DNA from: Felis catus | Lineage: Eukaryota | NCBI RefSeq assembly: GCF_018350175.1 | Contig: NC_058368.1 | Coordinates: 165,852,001-165,916,000, forward strand | Length of the DNA: 64,000 nt | Direction of reading: 5' to 3' | Shown here: piece after piece, positions 13,935 through 27,220 of the stretch | Layout: each line of letters begins with the position of its first letter | Numbering within the stretch: the stretch's first letter is position 1 | Made by a program: the position numbers and the translations under genes | Notes under the pieces: generated by a model | Told to the model about the DNA's origin: nothing | Seen by the model: only the letters and a program-made list of their open reading frames with translations | Database searches by the model: none

Positions 13935-14165
13935 TCACAGTGGGAAACAGCAAAGACTAGAACCAGACTGGGTGGGTTTGAATCCCAGTTCAAACACTTG
14001 CTAATCATGTGAATTTTGCAAGTTACTCAATCCTTTGTGTATCTCCCCAACCACAAAATAGGAATAATATTATTAATTTTGTATATAATTGCTGTGAGTG
14101 TTGAGTTGCAGCTGTCTCAGAATAGTGTTGGTACAGAATATGCACTATATAAGTATTAGCAATTA
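13935..14165 (+). mobile_element. MIR
   Basis: gggtttgaatcccag..tgtgaattttgcaagttactcaa core. Confidence 0.7.
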
Positions 14166-14361
14166 TTTTTAATGAAATAACAATAACTCCAATAGAAACT
14201 CTATAAACTAGGTATTGTCTGCTTGAAGAATTTTTCTTTCCTCGGATTCTGAGACACAAGCAAATCTCCTGTGTTTGTCTTCATTCTCATATGTACTGCT
14301 TTTCCCTCTTGAGCCTTCCCTAAGCCTGCCTGTAATCCTCCTCTTGGTTTTGGCCATTTCT

Positions 14362-14590
14362 TTTTTTAAAAAAAAATTTTTTTTAACCTTTTATTTTTAT
14401 TTTTGAGACAGAGAGAGACAGAGCATGAACGGGGGAGGGGCAGAGAGAGAGGGAGACACAGAATCAGAAGCAGGCTCCAGGCTCCGAGCCATCAGCCCAG
14501 AGCCCAACGCGGGGCAGGAAGCCACGGGCCACGAGATCGTGACCTGAGCTGAAGTCGGACGCTTAACTGACTGAGCCACCCAGGCGCCCC
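14362..14590 (-). mobile_element. Young feline SINE
   Basis: TSD ggttttggccatttct. Confidence 0.95.
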
Positions 14591-15339
14591 GGTTTTGGCC
14601 ATTTCTGAGCTTACCTTCCTTCTGTCACAAAACCTTTACCTCCAAAGGGCCTCAGTGTACATCATGGCATGAGTGGGGTCTTCTAGTTTTTGTCCATTAC
14701 CCCATTTGGCATTGTCTGCTTAAGCTGGTAGCCTCACATGTGATAGCCTTTGCTAAACGCAAGCATTTACTATCTGCCTCAATGCAGCCAGCAAAGGCAT
14801 TCCCTCTGGCTGTGCAAGCTTTTTGATAGACTGGTGTTGCTTAAAGTCACTTAGATGCATGTGTCTGGATTTCACATTTTGTTCTAGGAAAGCTCCCTAG
14901 TTTATCTCCAACCCTACCAAACACAGTACCTGCCACAGAGTAGGTACTTAATATACACTTTTTAAAAAATTAGGAGGGATGATATGGAGATAATGTTTTA
15001 TAGCCTATCTTTGAATCCTAAATATTTAGATAAGACTATTATAGTAGAATTTTAATTCAAAATAATACAAAAATCAATAAAATTTTAAATAAAATATGTG
15101 TTTTAATATTGGAAAATTGGCTTTCTAAATAATTTTCCAAGGATTTTAATAACCAAATACACTAGGTTAATATTACAACTTATATTATCATTTTTCTGAT
15201 TTTTGTGTTTCTCTACACGTGACTGAAACCAAATTAATAAACTGAATTTTATAACATTTTCTTTCCTGTTTTTGATACTCTCAGGAACTATTTTTGTGTC
15301 CGAGTTGAATAATCAGTGAAGTATCCTCTGTTATTTTTA

Positions 15340-15362
15340 AAATTTTTTTCTGTTTATTTATT

Positions 15363-15414
<52 letters not shown>

Positions 15415-15575
15415 TAGGGGAGGGGCAGAGTGAGAGGGAGACACAGAATCTGAAGCAGGTTCTAGGCTCCGAGCTGTCAGCACAGAACCCGATGCAGGGC
15501 TCGAACCCACAAACCCTGAGATCATGGCCTGAGCCCAAGTCAGATGCTCAACCGACTGAGCCACCCAGGTGCCTC
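15340..15575 (-). mobile_element. CanSINE with (GA)n
   Basis: TSD cctctgttattttta. Confidence 0.9.
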
Positions 15576-15635
15576 CCTCTGTTATTTTTACTGGCTTTAA
15601 GAGAATTGGCAATGGTGCTTAAAACAGAGTAGAGA

Positions 15636-15842
15636 GGTGCCTGGGTGGTTCAGTGGGTTGAGCACCTCACTCTATTTCAGGTCGGGTCATGATTCCAGGG
15701 TCATGGGATTGAGCCCTGTGATGGCTCCGCACTGAGCATGGAGCCTGCTTGAGATTCTTCTCTCTTCTTCCCTCTCCCTCACTCTCGCTCTCCCTCTCAA
15801 AAAAAAACAACAACCAAAACCAAACAAACAAAAACAAAACAA
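15636..15842 (+). mobile_element. Older CanSINE
   Basis: ggtgcctgggtggttcag head, (CAAA)n tail. Confidence 0.85.
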
Positions 15843-16401
15843 ACCCATATTTGAGTACAAAAATAATGGAGGAAAAAATTATCAGACAAAACAGCAAATC
15901 ATTATTCTTACAGCGGACACTAATTCCTGCCATCTCATCTTACATATTTGAGAATCTATGCCTTTCTTCCAATATATTCATTTTCTTCTTATATACCCTT
16001 CTTTGTGAGAAAACTACAATTTCAACCAAATACAAATATGACTGAAAACTAGGTTTTCAAGCTAGTGTCTTATCAGCAAGTAAAATAAATGTGCTATTAA
16101 GGCACTGTCCATGTGGGGAATTTTCACTAATCTTTGTCTTGCCTAGAAAAGTCCCAACGACTATTCTTTTTTTAGGAGCTGGTATAAAATTGACCTTTCA
16201 TAACAAAATGAGCCAAAAATCAATAAAACATGTCAGCATCTATCTGGATATTAGTATATAATACTTAAATATATGCATCTACTGCATTTGAAATTTAATA
16301 TTGTCCATTCCTTCCATTTTCATTTACTCTGTAAAAAATGTAATAGATGATTCACACACTTTCTAAGATAGCCTTTATAATGTAATGCTAATTCACTGCA
16401 G

Positions 16402-16484
16402 TCATTCAGTATGGCTTCGTACTGCAATTATAATAATGGCAGTGATTTTTACATCTATTCTCCATTGTCCTTGAGAGTCTAGAG
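16402..16484 (+). pseudogene. Pseudo-exon D: SFSMASYCNYNNGSDFYIYSPLSLRV*
   Basis: Branch-like gctaat plus cactgcag acceptor, GAG|gtatgt donor. SFSMA resembles recalled SWSMS. Confidence 0.55.
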
Positions 16485-16829
16485 GTATGTTCATTTGTCC
16501 AGAATTTTCCATGGAATGAGCATGGCAGTTCACTTAAATTCTTCAGGGGCATATCTGCTCTAGCTTGGTAGCTAATTCAGCATGTGCAGAGGAGTCATAC
16601 AAAGAGATACTTGAGATCCATTTTCCTCTCTGTACTGGAAAATCTATAGGGGAGGGATTGTACTTATATCAAGATATGTAACACATAAGAATACAATTAG
16701 CTTTACGTGAAACTGCAGCCCTAAAAATAGAGTGCATTATTTGAAAACAGCAAAACAAACAACAACAGAAAAAAAACACTTATTTTCCCACACATTTAAT
16801 GAGAGCTTTCTGATTGTTTTGAAGTCATA

Positions 16830-18830
16830 ATACAAAAAGCAAATTAACTGCACTTACGTGATAAAATGTTCTTATTGGAGTAAGAATTAAATTGTGAAAC
16901 TGTTAAGTATATACTACAGTTGAACAAATAAGTGCATCTTAGATTGTGAGAGTCTGGTCTCTTAGGCAAAGAAGAGACCAGGAAAGGAAGGAGGCTAGAA
17001 TGAATGCAATAATGTTGCATTTAATGGAGGTATCAATGTGAACCTATGGTTTTAAAATATATATCTAGATAGATTCAGAAATAGATATGCATGTATACAA
17101 GAGTTAGTATACATACATATATTTTAAGCCCTGTTGCTTATAGGGCCTATAAATGATAGCCAAAGTTGGAAAACTATAACCAACAAAATAACAACAGTAT
17201 TGGAATATAACCCATAGGAAAAAAATATAAATCTGTGAGTTCATACTCATGTAAATTAATTACTGACTGAATAAAGAAGTGGAGAGAAGAAAAACAGTTC
17301 TTCTTTGATAATAATTACTGCAGGCAAGTCCCAGTGATGGATACTAAAGTTACTGGATAAAATAGGATATTTGCATAGTCTCAAAGTATCTTTCCCAATA
17401 CATTTACTAACGACAAAAAGGAAAAAAACTAATTTTACAATGGAGTTTCTAACAGATACCCCCTTAATCAAGTGAGGAAGGTTAATATTACCAGTAATAA
17501 GATACATTAACATCATGTATCCCCAGAAGTGATGCAATGAGAAAGGCACATCGCTTCTGTGGCAGTTGTGTCCAATAATGCATAATCTTATTCTAATCAT
17601 AAGAAAAAATTAGACAACTCCACTTTCCCCATTACCAGCCCCTCATAACCACCATTCTATTCTCTGTTTTCACAAATTCACCTCTTTTGGGTTCTACATA
17701 TAAGTAATTATCTTGCAGTATTTGTCTTTTTCTATTAAAAGATGATTAAGTTCTGAAGTTCTAATGCATAGAATTTTGATTATAGTCAACAATACTGTAT
17801 TATATACCTCAAAGTTGCTAAGAGACTAGATATTAAGTGTTCTCATTACCAAAGAGAAATTATAGGGGTGCCTGGATGGCTCAGTCAGTTAAGCATCTGA
17901 CTCTTTTTTAAAAAAAATTTTTTTTTCAACGTTTATTTATTTTTGGGACAGAGAGAGACAGAGCATGAACGGGGGAGGGGCAGAGAGAGAGGGAGACACA
18001 GAATCGGAAACAGGCTCCAGGCTCTGAGCCAACAGCCCAGAGCCCGACGCGGGACTCAAACTCACGGACCGCGAGATCGTGACCTGGCTGAAGTCAGACA
18101 CTTAACCGACTGCGCCACCCAGGCGCCCCTAAGCATCTGACTCTTGATTTTGGCTCAGGACATAATCTCACAGTTGTGAGATTGAGCCCCTCCATCGGTC
18201 TATGTGCTGAGCAAGGACCCTGCTTGGGGTTTTCTCTCTCTCCCTCTCTCTCTGCCCCTCCCTTGCTTACCTGTGCACTCTCTCTATAAAAAATAAATAA
18301 ACTTTAAAAGAAAAAAAAGAGCAGTTATAAATGATGTGACGTGATAGAGCTGTTAGCTAATTCTATGGTGGTAATCATATTGCAATATATCTGTATCAAA
18401 TCAACAAGTGGTACACTTTAAATGTATACAATATTATATGCCAGTTATATCTCAATAAAAAGAAAAAATACTAGACAAATCGAAATTAAGGGATATTCTA
18501 AAAAAGAACTGACCAATACTTATCACAAGTGCCAAGGCTATTAAAGAGAAGGAAAGACCGCAAAACTATAGAGGAGACTAAGGACAGCAATTAAGTGTAA
18601 TGCAGGTTCATGGAATGATTCCTGGAACAAAAACAAAGGACAGCAATGATACATCTGGAGAAATCCTAATTACATCCTTAATTAGATAACAGAATTATCT
18701 GAATATTAATTTCTTAGTTTGAATAACTGTACCATGGTTTTCCTCCATGCTAACATAAGGGAAATCTGGTGAAGTGAATATGGGAATACTCTGTGCTATT
18801 TGTGCAATTTTCTATAAGTATAAAATTATA
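16830..18830 (+). mobile_element. Old L1 (L1MC/MA-like) 3' fragments with nested insertions
   Basis: Degenerate L1 3'UTR-like sequence (aatactgtattatatacc...gttgctaagagactagat; tatgccagttatatctcaataaa). Confidence 0.6.
17864..18320 (+). mobile_element. CanSINE interrupted by a second, antisense young SINE (17906-18129)
   Basis: TSD taagcatctgactctt at 17890-17905 and 18130-18145. Confidence 0.93.
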
Positions 18831-19555
18831 TTAAGAAAAGAGATAAAGATAAGAAAGGAGATCAAAATAGTGGAGGCTGATTTCAAGCCCAGTAAGTCTT
18901 ACTTCAATATTTATTCTCTTATCACTATCAAAGTTGGCTGTAATAACCTAAAAGAATAATCTGAGACCTCATTTGCAGTGATTAATTTTCATTTAGGCAA
19001 GAGTTCAATTTTGGGATGTTACAGGTTAATTCCATAGTGAAAGGTAAACTGGGAAGAATAAAAGATTAGAAATTCAAAAAAGAGAGGGATCTTTTTTTTT
19101 TTAATGTCTTACCACCTCAAACAAGGGAACACTGAAAAAGGTGAATATAAACATATATTATTTGTAGGGTTAAGAGCTTAAGTAGAGTATAATAGATAAT
19201 GTTATCTTTGTTGCTATCAGAAACAATCTGAAAACTTGTTATCTCTCTTGAATATATAATTTTATTTTTACTAGTTATGTGAATGTATTAAAAGTTGTGA
19301 CTGAGACTGTTATAGCAAATCTCAAGTATCTTTGATAACTTTCTTGAAAATAAAGTAATATTACTTAGCATTTATAGATCATTCTTAATATAAATCCTTT
19401 CTAAACATTAAATGACTAAAATTAAATTATTTATATATACATCCCTAAAGAGTAAAAAATAAAAACACTAAGACAGAAATCTTAAGATATCTATAGTCAC
19501 AGAAAATATGGTGTTCTAGTTCCAAAAGAGAAACAAATTTCACTTTGTTCTTTAG

Positions 19556-19650
19556 CTTCTTCTATTTTCTCCCTACCATGTTATTTTTCAATAAAGAGTT
19601 ATGGGATGACATATATTTCATTACTGTATTCCCATTATTTTGAAATATTG
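19556..19650 (+). pseudogene. Pseudo-exon E (frame ambiguous; ends ...HIFHYCIPIILKY-W)
   Basis: ctttgttctttag acceptor, TG|gtaatt donor, 104-nt intron to exon F. Confidence 0.5.
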
Positions 19651-19754
19651 GTAATTAATAATAATTATTACCACAAAGCAGACAATTCTTTAGTGATGAT
19701 TCTAATGCAATATGTCTATGGAGTGTGGAATTACAACCAAATTATTTTCTTCAG

Positions 19755-19824
19755 GTATGCATTTTTAGATATGAAGGCACAGAGATTTCACTATGGAAAA
19801 AAGAATGTGAAATATTTCATCCCC
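19755..19824 (+). pseudogene. Pseudo-exon F (phase 2->0): W-YAFLDMKAQRFHYGKKNVKYFIP
   Basis: attattttcttcag acceptor, CCC|gtaact donor. QRFHYGKK resembles recalled WKYHYDRQ. Confidence 0.5.
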
Positions 19825-20213
19825 GTAACTATAACATTCAATTACTACAGTTCTAAACTAAATGCCTTTTATTCATAATGAAAGAAAAAGTGGGTCAATA
19901 TAAAACTCAAATAAAATTAATTGCTAGGTGATTTAAAAATACTTTGAAAATATAAACAGCTGATTATATTTTTCTCCATGTATAATTTTATAACAAAAAT
20001 ATACCAATATTTAGATATAATAAGAGAAATTGTTTCAATATTAAGAGATCTTATAGTGAAGATGCTAAAGGAGGGAAGTAGATAAACCAAATGATAACCT
20101 GCACACAAAATAATCCTAACTAAACATTAAAATTGCATGATGACACAATAGCCTAGTTCAATATTACATTTACATTAAATTTCATGATGCTTAAGAAAAT
20201 TCTGAAAATTATT

Positions 20214-20690
20214 TGGTCGAAGCTGGTGGGGGGGTGGTGATTTTCCATCATTCCCATGATGTGCTACCTACTTCAGGAAATGTCACTCAATATCCATTTA
20301 ACCCTATGTCCTGACGGTTTCTACCCTAGAAGTTGGAACAGTACTACCAGCATTTCCCAATCAACACTTCAGTTAGGGATGATCATGCTATCGTTCATGA
20401 CATAGGTGGAAATAAGCTGATGTTCTAGTCTCCTCCCTCCTATCTGAGAAGTGGGTGTGATGCCTACATATTCAGCAGCTATCTTCTGAACATGAGGACA
20501 AAAACCTTAGCTAAACAGAATACAACAAAATACAGGAACTATTTTAGTCTTTAAAAACATCGTTATGTTGCCACAAACCCTAGACTGTGACACTACTGAT
20601 GTTTGAGAGAAAAAAAAATACCTTGATTGTTTAAGTCAACAGAATACATTTTCCAACCCTTACACCAGATTGTAATTCTCTCTGATGCAC
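20214..20690 (+). mobile_element. MaLR (MLT1-like) LTR
   Basis: gtgatgcc..cagctatcttctgaacatgagga..ttgtttaagtca motifs. Confidence 0.45.
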
Positions 20691-21119
20691 ATGGCTTTGG
20701 GTGAGAGAAAGCCCATGTCTGATTCATCTCTGTTTCACAGTCCTGGGCAGAGAGAAGTATGCAAGCATTGCTAAATGATGGGCAATGAGGATGTTGGTCA
20801 CAGAGAGGCAATGGGATTTCATAGCATATGGACAGATGATAAACAACAACAAAACCCCAGAGTAACCACAGGAGAAAGCTGTCAGTCAGGGAGCACACAT
20901 TAGGAAAACCTATTAACAAGTGAAAGTGCACCAAATACTTCTCTGGGACTCCAAACAAGACACCAGTTACTAGTGCAACAGAATATTACAGAACAGAGCA
21001 CTTCCAGGGGAACAGAAAACCAAGCCTTTCATCTATTGAGAATTTAAGCACAGGGATAAATCTGGGAACATAAATCACTCAACATTTATTTGGCATTGTA
21101 TTATTAGCACAATGCTACA

Positions 21120-21585
21120 GCAAGGGTCAGCAACCCAAGGCCATGAAACCTGTTTCAGTAAGTAAAGTTTTATTGGAATATAACCATGTTCATTTCTTAA
21201 CTTATTGCTTATGGCTGATTTGAATCTACAACAGCAGGTCTGAGTAGTTGTAATAGAGATCTTGTGGCCCACAAGGCCTAAAATACTGCATAGTGTCTGT
21301 TCCTTTTATGTTTTTTTTTTAATTTTAGTGTTTATTTATTTTTGAGACAGATAGAGAGAAGACAGAGCATGAGCGGGGGAGGGGCAGAGAGAGGGAGGGA
21401 GACACAGATTCCAAAGCAGGCTCCAGGCTCTGAGCTGTCAGCACAGAGTCCAACGCGGGTGGGGGGCAGGGGGTGTTGAACTTACAAAACATGAGATCAT
21501 GACCTGAGCCGAAGTGGGACCCTTAACCGACTGAGCCACCCAGGTGCCCTTGTCTGTTCCTTTAGAAACAGTTTGCCAACCATTG
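21120..21585. mobile_element. MER58A-like hAT non-autonomous DNA transposon
   Basis: caagggtcagcaac start, tttattggaa, ggcccacaaggcctaaaata, gtttgccaacc end. Confidence 0.65.
21307..21549 (-). mobile_element. CanSINE inserted into a MER58-like element
   Basis: TSD tgtctgttccttt. Confidence 0.9.
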
Positions 21586-22529
21586 AGCCACAGGACAGGA
21601 GTGAGAAGAAAAAAAATGGAGAAGGAATGATTCTACTCCTCAAGGAGCTTAAGTATAAAGTGGTAGGCAGAAACACCAGCAAACAATTGCTATACAGTGA
21701 CTAATGCTAAGATGGATGTATATGCATGAATGCTATAAGAGCACAGGCAAAAAGTACTATCTCATTCTGGGATTTAACAAAGGATTCCTGGGACAAGTCT
21801 ACTGACCTAACAGGAAAATAATAATACTAGAAGAGGTGGGAAGTGAGTATCTTGGGAAGAGAGAACATGAGCAAAGAGGCATAAACAGAACAGACTGAAA
21901 GGAAAATTATAAGCCTTTGTCATTTTTGCATGGAAATTGTGAAGTGTCAACTATGAGATGAAGATGTACACAGAAACAGGGGCTGCGCTCCTCTAGAGCC
22001 CTACATAGTTATGCCTAGAAACTTGAAATTTATACTGAAAGTAATGTGAACCAGTGAAGGATTTGTCTGCAGAGTTAATTATTATTATTATTTTAGAGGG
22101 GACGGTGCATAGTCAAATTAAGAGATAGGGAAAGGAACTGTGGAAATGTGAGAGTTTATGGCTGAATTTTGCTTCTTATTATTTTCTTTTTCACCTCCTT
22201 ATTCATGTTTGCATCCCAAACACCCAACATGCATTGTACAAATTACAAACACAATACTTTTTGCTTAATTGGATTGGTAAAGAAACAAGATGAGATACTA
22301 TCTAAACAGGAAGCACTGAGAAAAGTAGTTTTAAATAGTTTTGTTTAGTTGAAAATATTACAAATTGAAGAAATAAAGTGGGACTCTGAATGTCAGAAAA
22401 AAAAGCAAGTTCAACTTTTAAGCATCATTCATGGTCAAACAGTGGCTACATGATTACTTGGAGGTGGTACTTTCCCACCAGAATCTGAAATATAATAATT
22501 GTTATGATCCCATTAAAAAGTTTTTTATT

Positions 22530-22730
22530 GGGGCACCTGGGTGGCGCAGTCGGTTAAGCGTCCGACTTCAGCTCAGGTCACGATCTCACAGTCTGTGAGT
22601 TCGAGTCCCGCGTCAGGCTCTGGGCTGATGGCTCGGAGCCTGGAGCCTGTTTCCGATTCTGTGTCTCCCTCTCTCTCTGCCCCTCCCCCGTTCATGCTCT
22701 GTCTCTCTCTGTCCCAAAAATAAAAAAAAA
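22530..22730 (+). mobile_element. Young feline SINE
   Basis: TSD aaaaagttttttatt. Confidence 0.93.
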
Positions 22731-22989
22731 AAAAGTTTTTTATTCTCAAAATTTATAATAGGAAATATTGATATAACATGAAGTGAGTTGTTTTTTTTCC
22801 AAGTCACATTTATTAGTGGAAACCAGGAATGTGAACTCTGATTTGCTACTCTAAATATCTGAATCATACTTCTTAGTATTTAGTGAAACAAACTGGATTG
22901 TAAGGAAGAATCAGCTAAAATAGCATATCCTTAGAAGATTTACATTCAACATAAAACAAATATAATGAAAAAAAAGCAGCATTACTCAA

Positions 22990-24235
22990 TTATCATTTGA
23001 GGAGACTGTCCTTTCTCCATTGTGTGCTCTTGATGTCTTTGTTGAAGATCAATTGGCCATAAATGAATAAATTTATTTCTGGACTCTATTCTGTCACATT
23101 GGTCTATATGTCTGTTTTTATGCTACCTGTTTTGATTAGAATAGCTTTGTAATATATTTTGAAATCAGGTGATTTGATGTCTCCCACTGTGTTATTTCTC
23201 AGTGTTGCCTTGTTATTTGAGGTCTTTTGTAGTTCCATATGCATTTTAGGATTTCTTTTCCTATTTCTGTGAAAAATGCCATTGGAATTTTGGTTAGGAT
23301 TACAAAGAATCTGTAGGTTGCTTTGGATAGTATGGACATTTTAACAAATATTAATTCTTCCAATCCATGAATATGAGATATCTTTCCATTCATACTGTCA
23401 TCTTCAACTTCTTTCATCAATGTTTTATAGTTTTCAAAAGTACAGATTATTTTACACCCTTAGTGAGATGTATTTCTAAGTATTTTATTTATTTTTTAAG
23501 GCTACTATAAATGGATTTTTTTTAGATTTTGCTACTAGTGTATAGATATGCAACTGATTTTTGTAAGTTGATATTGTATACTACAAATTTACTGCATTTA
23601 TTAGTTCCAATAGTTTTTTGATGCAATTATTAGGGATTTCTATATGTATTTATGGCTCCTTAAGCAGAGGCAATTTTACTTCTTCCTTTTTTATTTGTAT
23701 GCCTTTATTTATTTTCTTGCCTAAAGATATGTATCTATCAATGGAATATTGTTTAGCCATGAGAAAGAAGAGAACCCTGACATTTGTAACAAGCATCTAG
23801 GATATTATGCTGTGAAATAAACAAAAAAGTCAGATATAGAAAAACAAATTCTGTATCATCTCAACAATCTGTGGAATATAAAATAAAAAATAAAAAAAAG
23901 AAAAGTCAAATTCATAGAAAGGGAGAGGTACTAGGAGCTGGGAGTGTAGAAGTAATAGGGGTATGTTGGTCAAAATGTGCAAATTGGCAGTTATGGGGAT
24001 AAATAAGTCTAGAGATCTAATGTACAGGTTTGATGAGTATACTTAATAATATTGTATTGAAAACTGGAAATATTTTCAGAGGGTATATTTCAGGTGCACT
24101 CACCACACAAAAAACTGGTGACTAGAAAGAGATGAAATGTTAATTATTTTGACCATGGTAATCATTTCACTACATAATATATCTTAAATCAATAGGTTGT
24201 ATACCTTATGTATATACACAATTTTATTTATAAAG
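22990..24235. mobile_element. LINE-1 with apparent 5' inversion (minus-strand ORF2 to ~23720, then plus-strand 3' end)
   Basis: Minus-strand ORF MSILSKATYRF..IPMAFFTE, then plus-strand MEYCLAMRK and an L1 3'UTR. Confidence 0.75.
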
Positions 24236-24294
24236 AAAAAAACAAGAGCCCTTCTAAGTGAAAAATTAATTCATTGTACTTCAACACTTTATTT

Positions 24295-24334
24295 TTAAAT
24301 TTGTTTAAAAAATTTAATGTTTATCTATTTTTGA

Positions 24335-24368
<34 letters not shown>

Positions 24369-24534
24369 GTGAGAGGAAGAAGGAGCAGAGACAGAGGGAG
24401 ACAAAGAATCTGAAGCAGGCTCCAGGCTCTGAGCTATCAGCACAGAGCCCAATGTGGGGCTAGAACTCACAAACCACAAGATTGTGACTTGAGCTGATGT
24501 CGGATGCTTAACTGACTGAGCCACCCAGACACCC
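24295..24534 (-). mobile_element. CanSINE with (CA)n
   Basis: Reverse head gccacccagacaccc. Confidence 0.9.
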
Positions 24535-24550
24535 ATGTACTTGATCATTT

Positions 24551-24633
24551 TATTTATTTTATTTTTTATTTTTTTAAAAAATTAATGTTTATTTATTTTT
24601 GAGAGAGAGCGAGTGGAGAAGGGGCAGAGGGGG

Positions 24634-24684
<51 letters not shown>

Positions 24685-24844
24685 GAGAGAGAGAGAGAGA
24701 GAGAGAGAATGAGAATATCCCAAACAGGCTCCACACTGTCAGTGCAGAGCCCATTGTGAGACTCGAACCAACAAACCATGAGATCATGACCTGAGCCAAA
24801 ACCAAGAATAGGATGTTTAACTGACTGAGTCACCCAGGTGCCCC
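24551..24844 (-). mobile_element. CanSINE with long (GA)n
   Basis: Reverse head cacccaggtgcccc. Confidence 0.9.
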
Positions 24845-26399
24845 TGTACTTGAACATTTTAAATGTACTTGCCCCAAGTACTAAGCTGACTTCACCCTAC
24901 TAAAAAATAAATAAATAAATGGATAAATGATGAGCTTGGATTTGAAGACTTGTCATAAGGTAACAAAACTGCTTTCAGATATTAAAGTTTTTCTACATTA
25001 TAGACTTTCAAATAAATGCAAATTGTGTAAGAATCAAACACTGGATTGATGAAAGAGTAAGTTCTAAGAAGAAAGTGTCTTTTGTGTCCAGACAGCTTAG
25101 TATTACCTGTAATACATAGGAGGGAAAAGGTGAACAATGAAAGGGTGTGAAAGCAAGACTTACAAATCCAAATAAATGTGTCAAGGCCTCAGGAAAATGA
25201 TACTATACAATCACTAGCCAATATGGAAACTAAGAGAAGGATTACTTATTCATATTTCCAAATGTCAGTTCCCTAGAAAGAAAGGGACACTAACAATTTG
25301 TCTAGTCTCCTGTCTATCCATAAGTCTTTTGATCAAAATGGAATATCCATTTTGGTTCCCTGGAATGATACTCTGATATAGAAACTAAAGAAACAGGAAA
25401 TTAAGTTAGGCTAGACAAAGAATTGATAATGGCTGTATAAAACATCTTCCTATAATAATCTTGGTTAAAAGAATTATATAAAATTACTCAAATTTTAAAA
25501 TTAATTAATGGTACAGCATGAAAGTGATGCAGATAAATGATCCAACAAATACAATATATCTAAGTGAGGAATTTCTACATACAGATTCCTTCAAGCCTAT
25601 GATGCTTGTTAAGTTGATAAAAATCACAGGAGTCTGGGCATCAGAAAAAACACTTTCACAAATATTATTTTGTATTCTACTCTTAAAAGAGGTTTCAATG
25701 GAATTACTAGCATAAAGCTAATTAGAGACATAGTCTAGGTAATCGATGTTTTATACTTACATTTGTGAAAGTACAATTATAATTTTTAAGATATTTTTTC
25801 ACATTCATTTTCTCTTGGAGAACTTTATGATTCAATTTAAGTGTTCTAAGAAGTGATCTAAGTTTCAAAAAAGCAAGCAATAATAGAAGTTGATACAGTT
25901 CTATATTTTGACCACATATAAGGATATAAAGAATACTATGATCCCCCAAATTGCCCTAGCACATTTAGAACTCCAGTCCTTTTTCTTTCAGTTTGTCATA
26001 TTACTTTTCTTTATGTAGACGTACCTACATTCATCTTAAAAATACTAAAAGCCATTTATCATTTTTAAGTGGATCTTTTTCTCTCAATAAATCTGCTTAT
26101 CCTCAAAAAAATACTAAAAGAAAAAATCAAAGGAGGAGAGAAAAATGGGAGAGAAAATTTAGGTAGGGAAAAGAGGAAGGAGAACAAGGACAAAATTTAC
26201 CGCTCACTCAGACCTCAATTTATGTCCCTAACTGTGAACCCTTGCTTCCTTCAATTCATCCCATATGCCTTTGTTATTCTACTGTTTCTTAAGCTCCTCT
26301 GCAGTGAAAGCTCTTTTGCATAATTATTTTCCACAGACTATTCAAATAAATGAAAAATAAATAAACGGGAGAATAATCCTTTTAACATTATATCTAATA

Positions 26400-26780
26400 G
26401 CTGGAAGGAACAAAGGGAGGAAAGAAGTAAGGGAGGAAGGAGGAAGGAAAGGAGGGAGGAAATGAAAGGAGAGAAGGAAGAAAGTAGGTGAGAGAGGGAT
26501 GGAGGGAGGGAAGAGGGAGCATGTGAAAGAAAGAAAGGAAGGAAAGAGGGCTGGGATGGAGGGCACCGGTGAGTGATTTTCCTTTTGTCACTTAAGTTTC
26601 TAAGCTTATCTTCAAATTAGATTTTGGACTGGTCATAATAAAAAGCCAAATAAACAACTAATTTGTATATTTAAAAAAAAAGAAGGAAAAGAGGGAAGGA
26701 GGGAGGGAGAGAGGAAAAACTGAAGGAAGGAGAGAAAGAAGGACTGAGGCAGAGGAAAATGGAAATGAAGAGAAGGTAAA
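26400..26780. repeat. Purine-rich (GGAA/GGGA)n low-complexity tracts
   Basis: Direct inspection. Confidence 0.85.
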
Positions 26781-26989
26781 AAAAAATATGATTTATTAAA
26801 TTTTTAATTCTGGATAACTTGACCAATGTTGGTTTAACGTATGTATTGTAATGTATGATGCTATCAGGCAATTGATCAGTTCTTTCAAAAAAAGTGTTAC
26901 TATATAATTCACATGCAAACACATATATGAACAATGTGATTCCAATTTTGTAAATAGGCAAGAATAAAGTGCTATTAGGAAATGATATT

Positions 26990-27220
26990 TTTTTTAAATG
27001 CATTTCTTAACGTGTTTTTTTTTTTATTTTATTTTTGAGATAGGGAGAGACAGAGCATGAACCGAGGAGGGTCAGAGAGAGGGAGACACAGAATCCGAAG
27101 CAGGCTCCAGGCTCCAAGCTGACAGCACAGAGCCCGACGCAGGGCTCGAACTCACGGACCGCGAGATCATGACCTGAGCCAAAGTCAGACGCTCAACCGA
27201 CTGCGCCACCCAGGTGCCCC
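26990..27220 (-). mobile_element. Young feline SINE
   Basis: TSD ggaaatgatattt. Confidence 0.93.

Noticed and set aside
20214..20270. GGGVVIFHH resembling recalled GGIFHF
   Set aside because: No acceptor site, and it lies at the start of a probable MLT LTR.
25518..25715. ORF MKVMQINDPTNTIYLSEEF... as an exon
   Set aside because: No convincing splice pair in phase and no recognisable motif.
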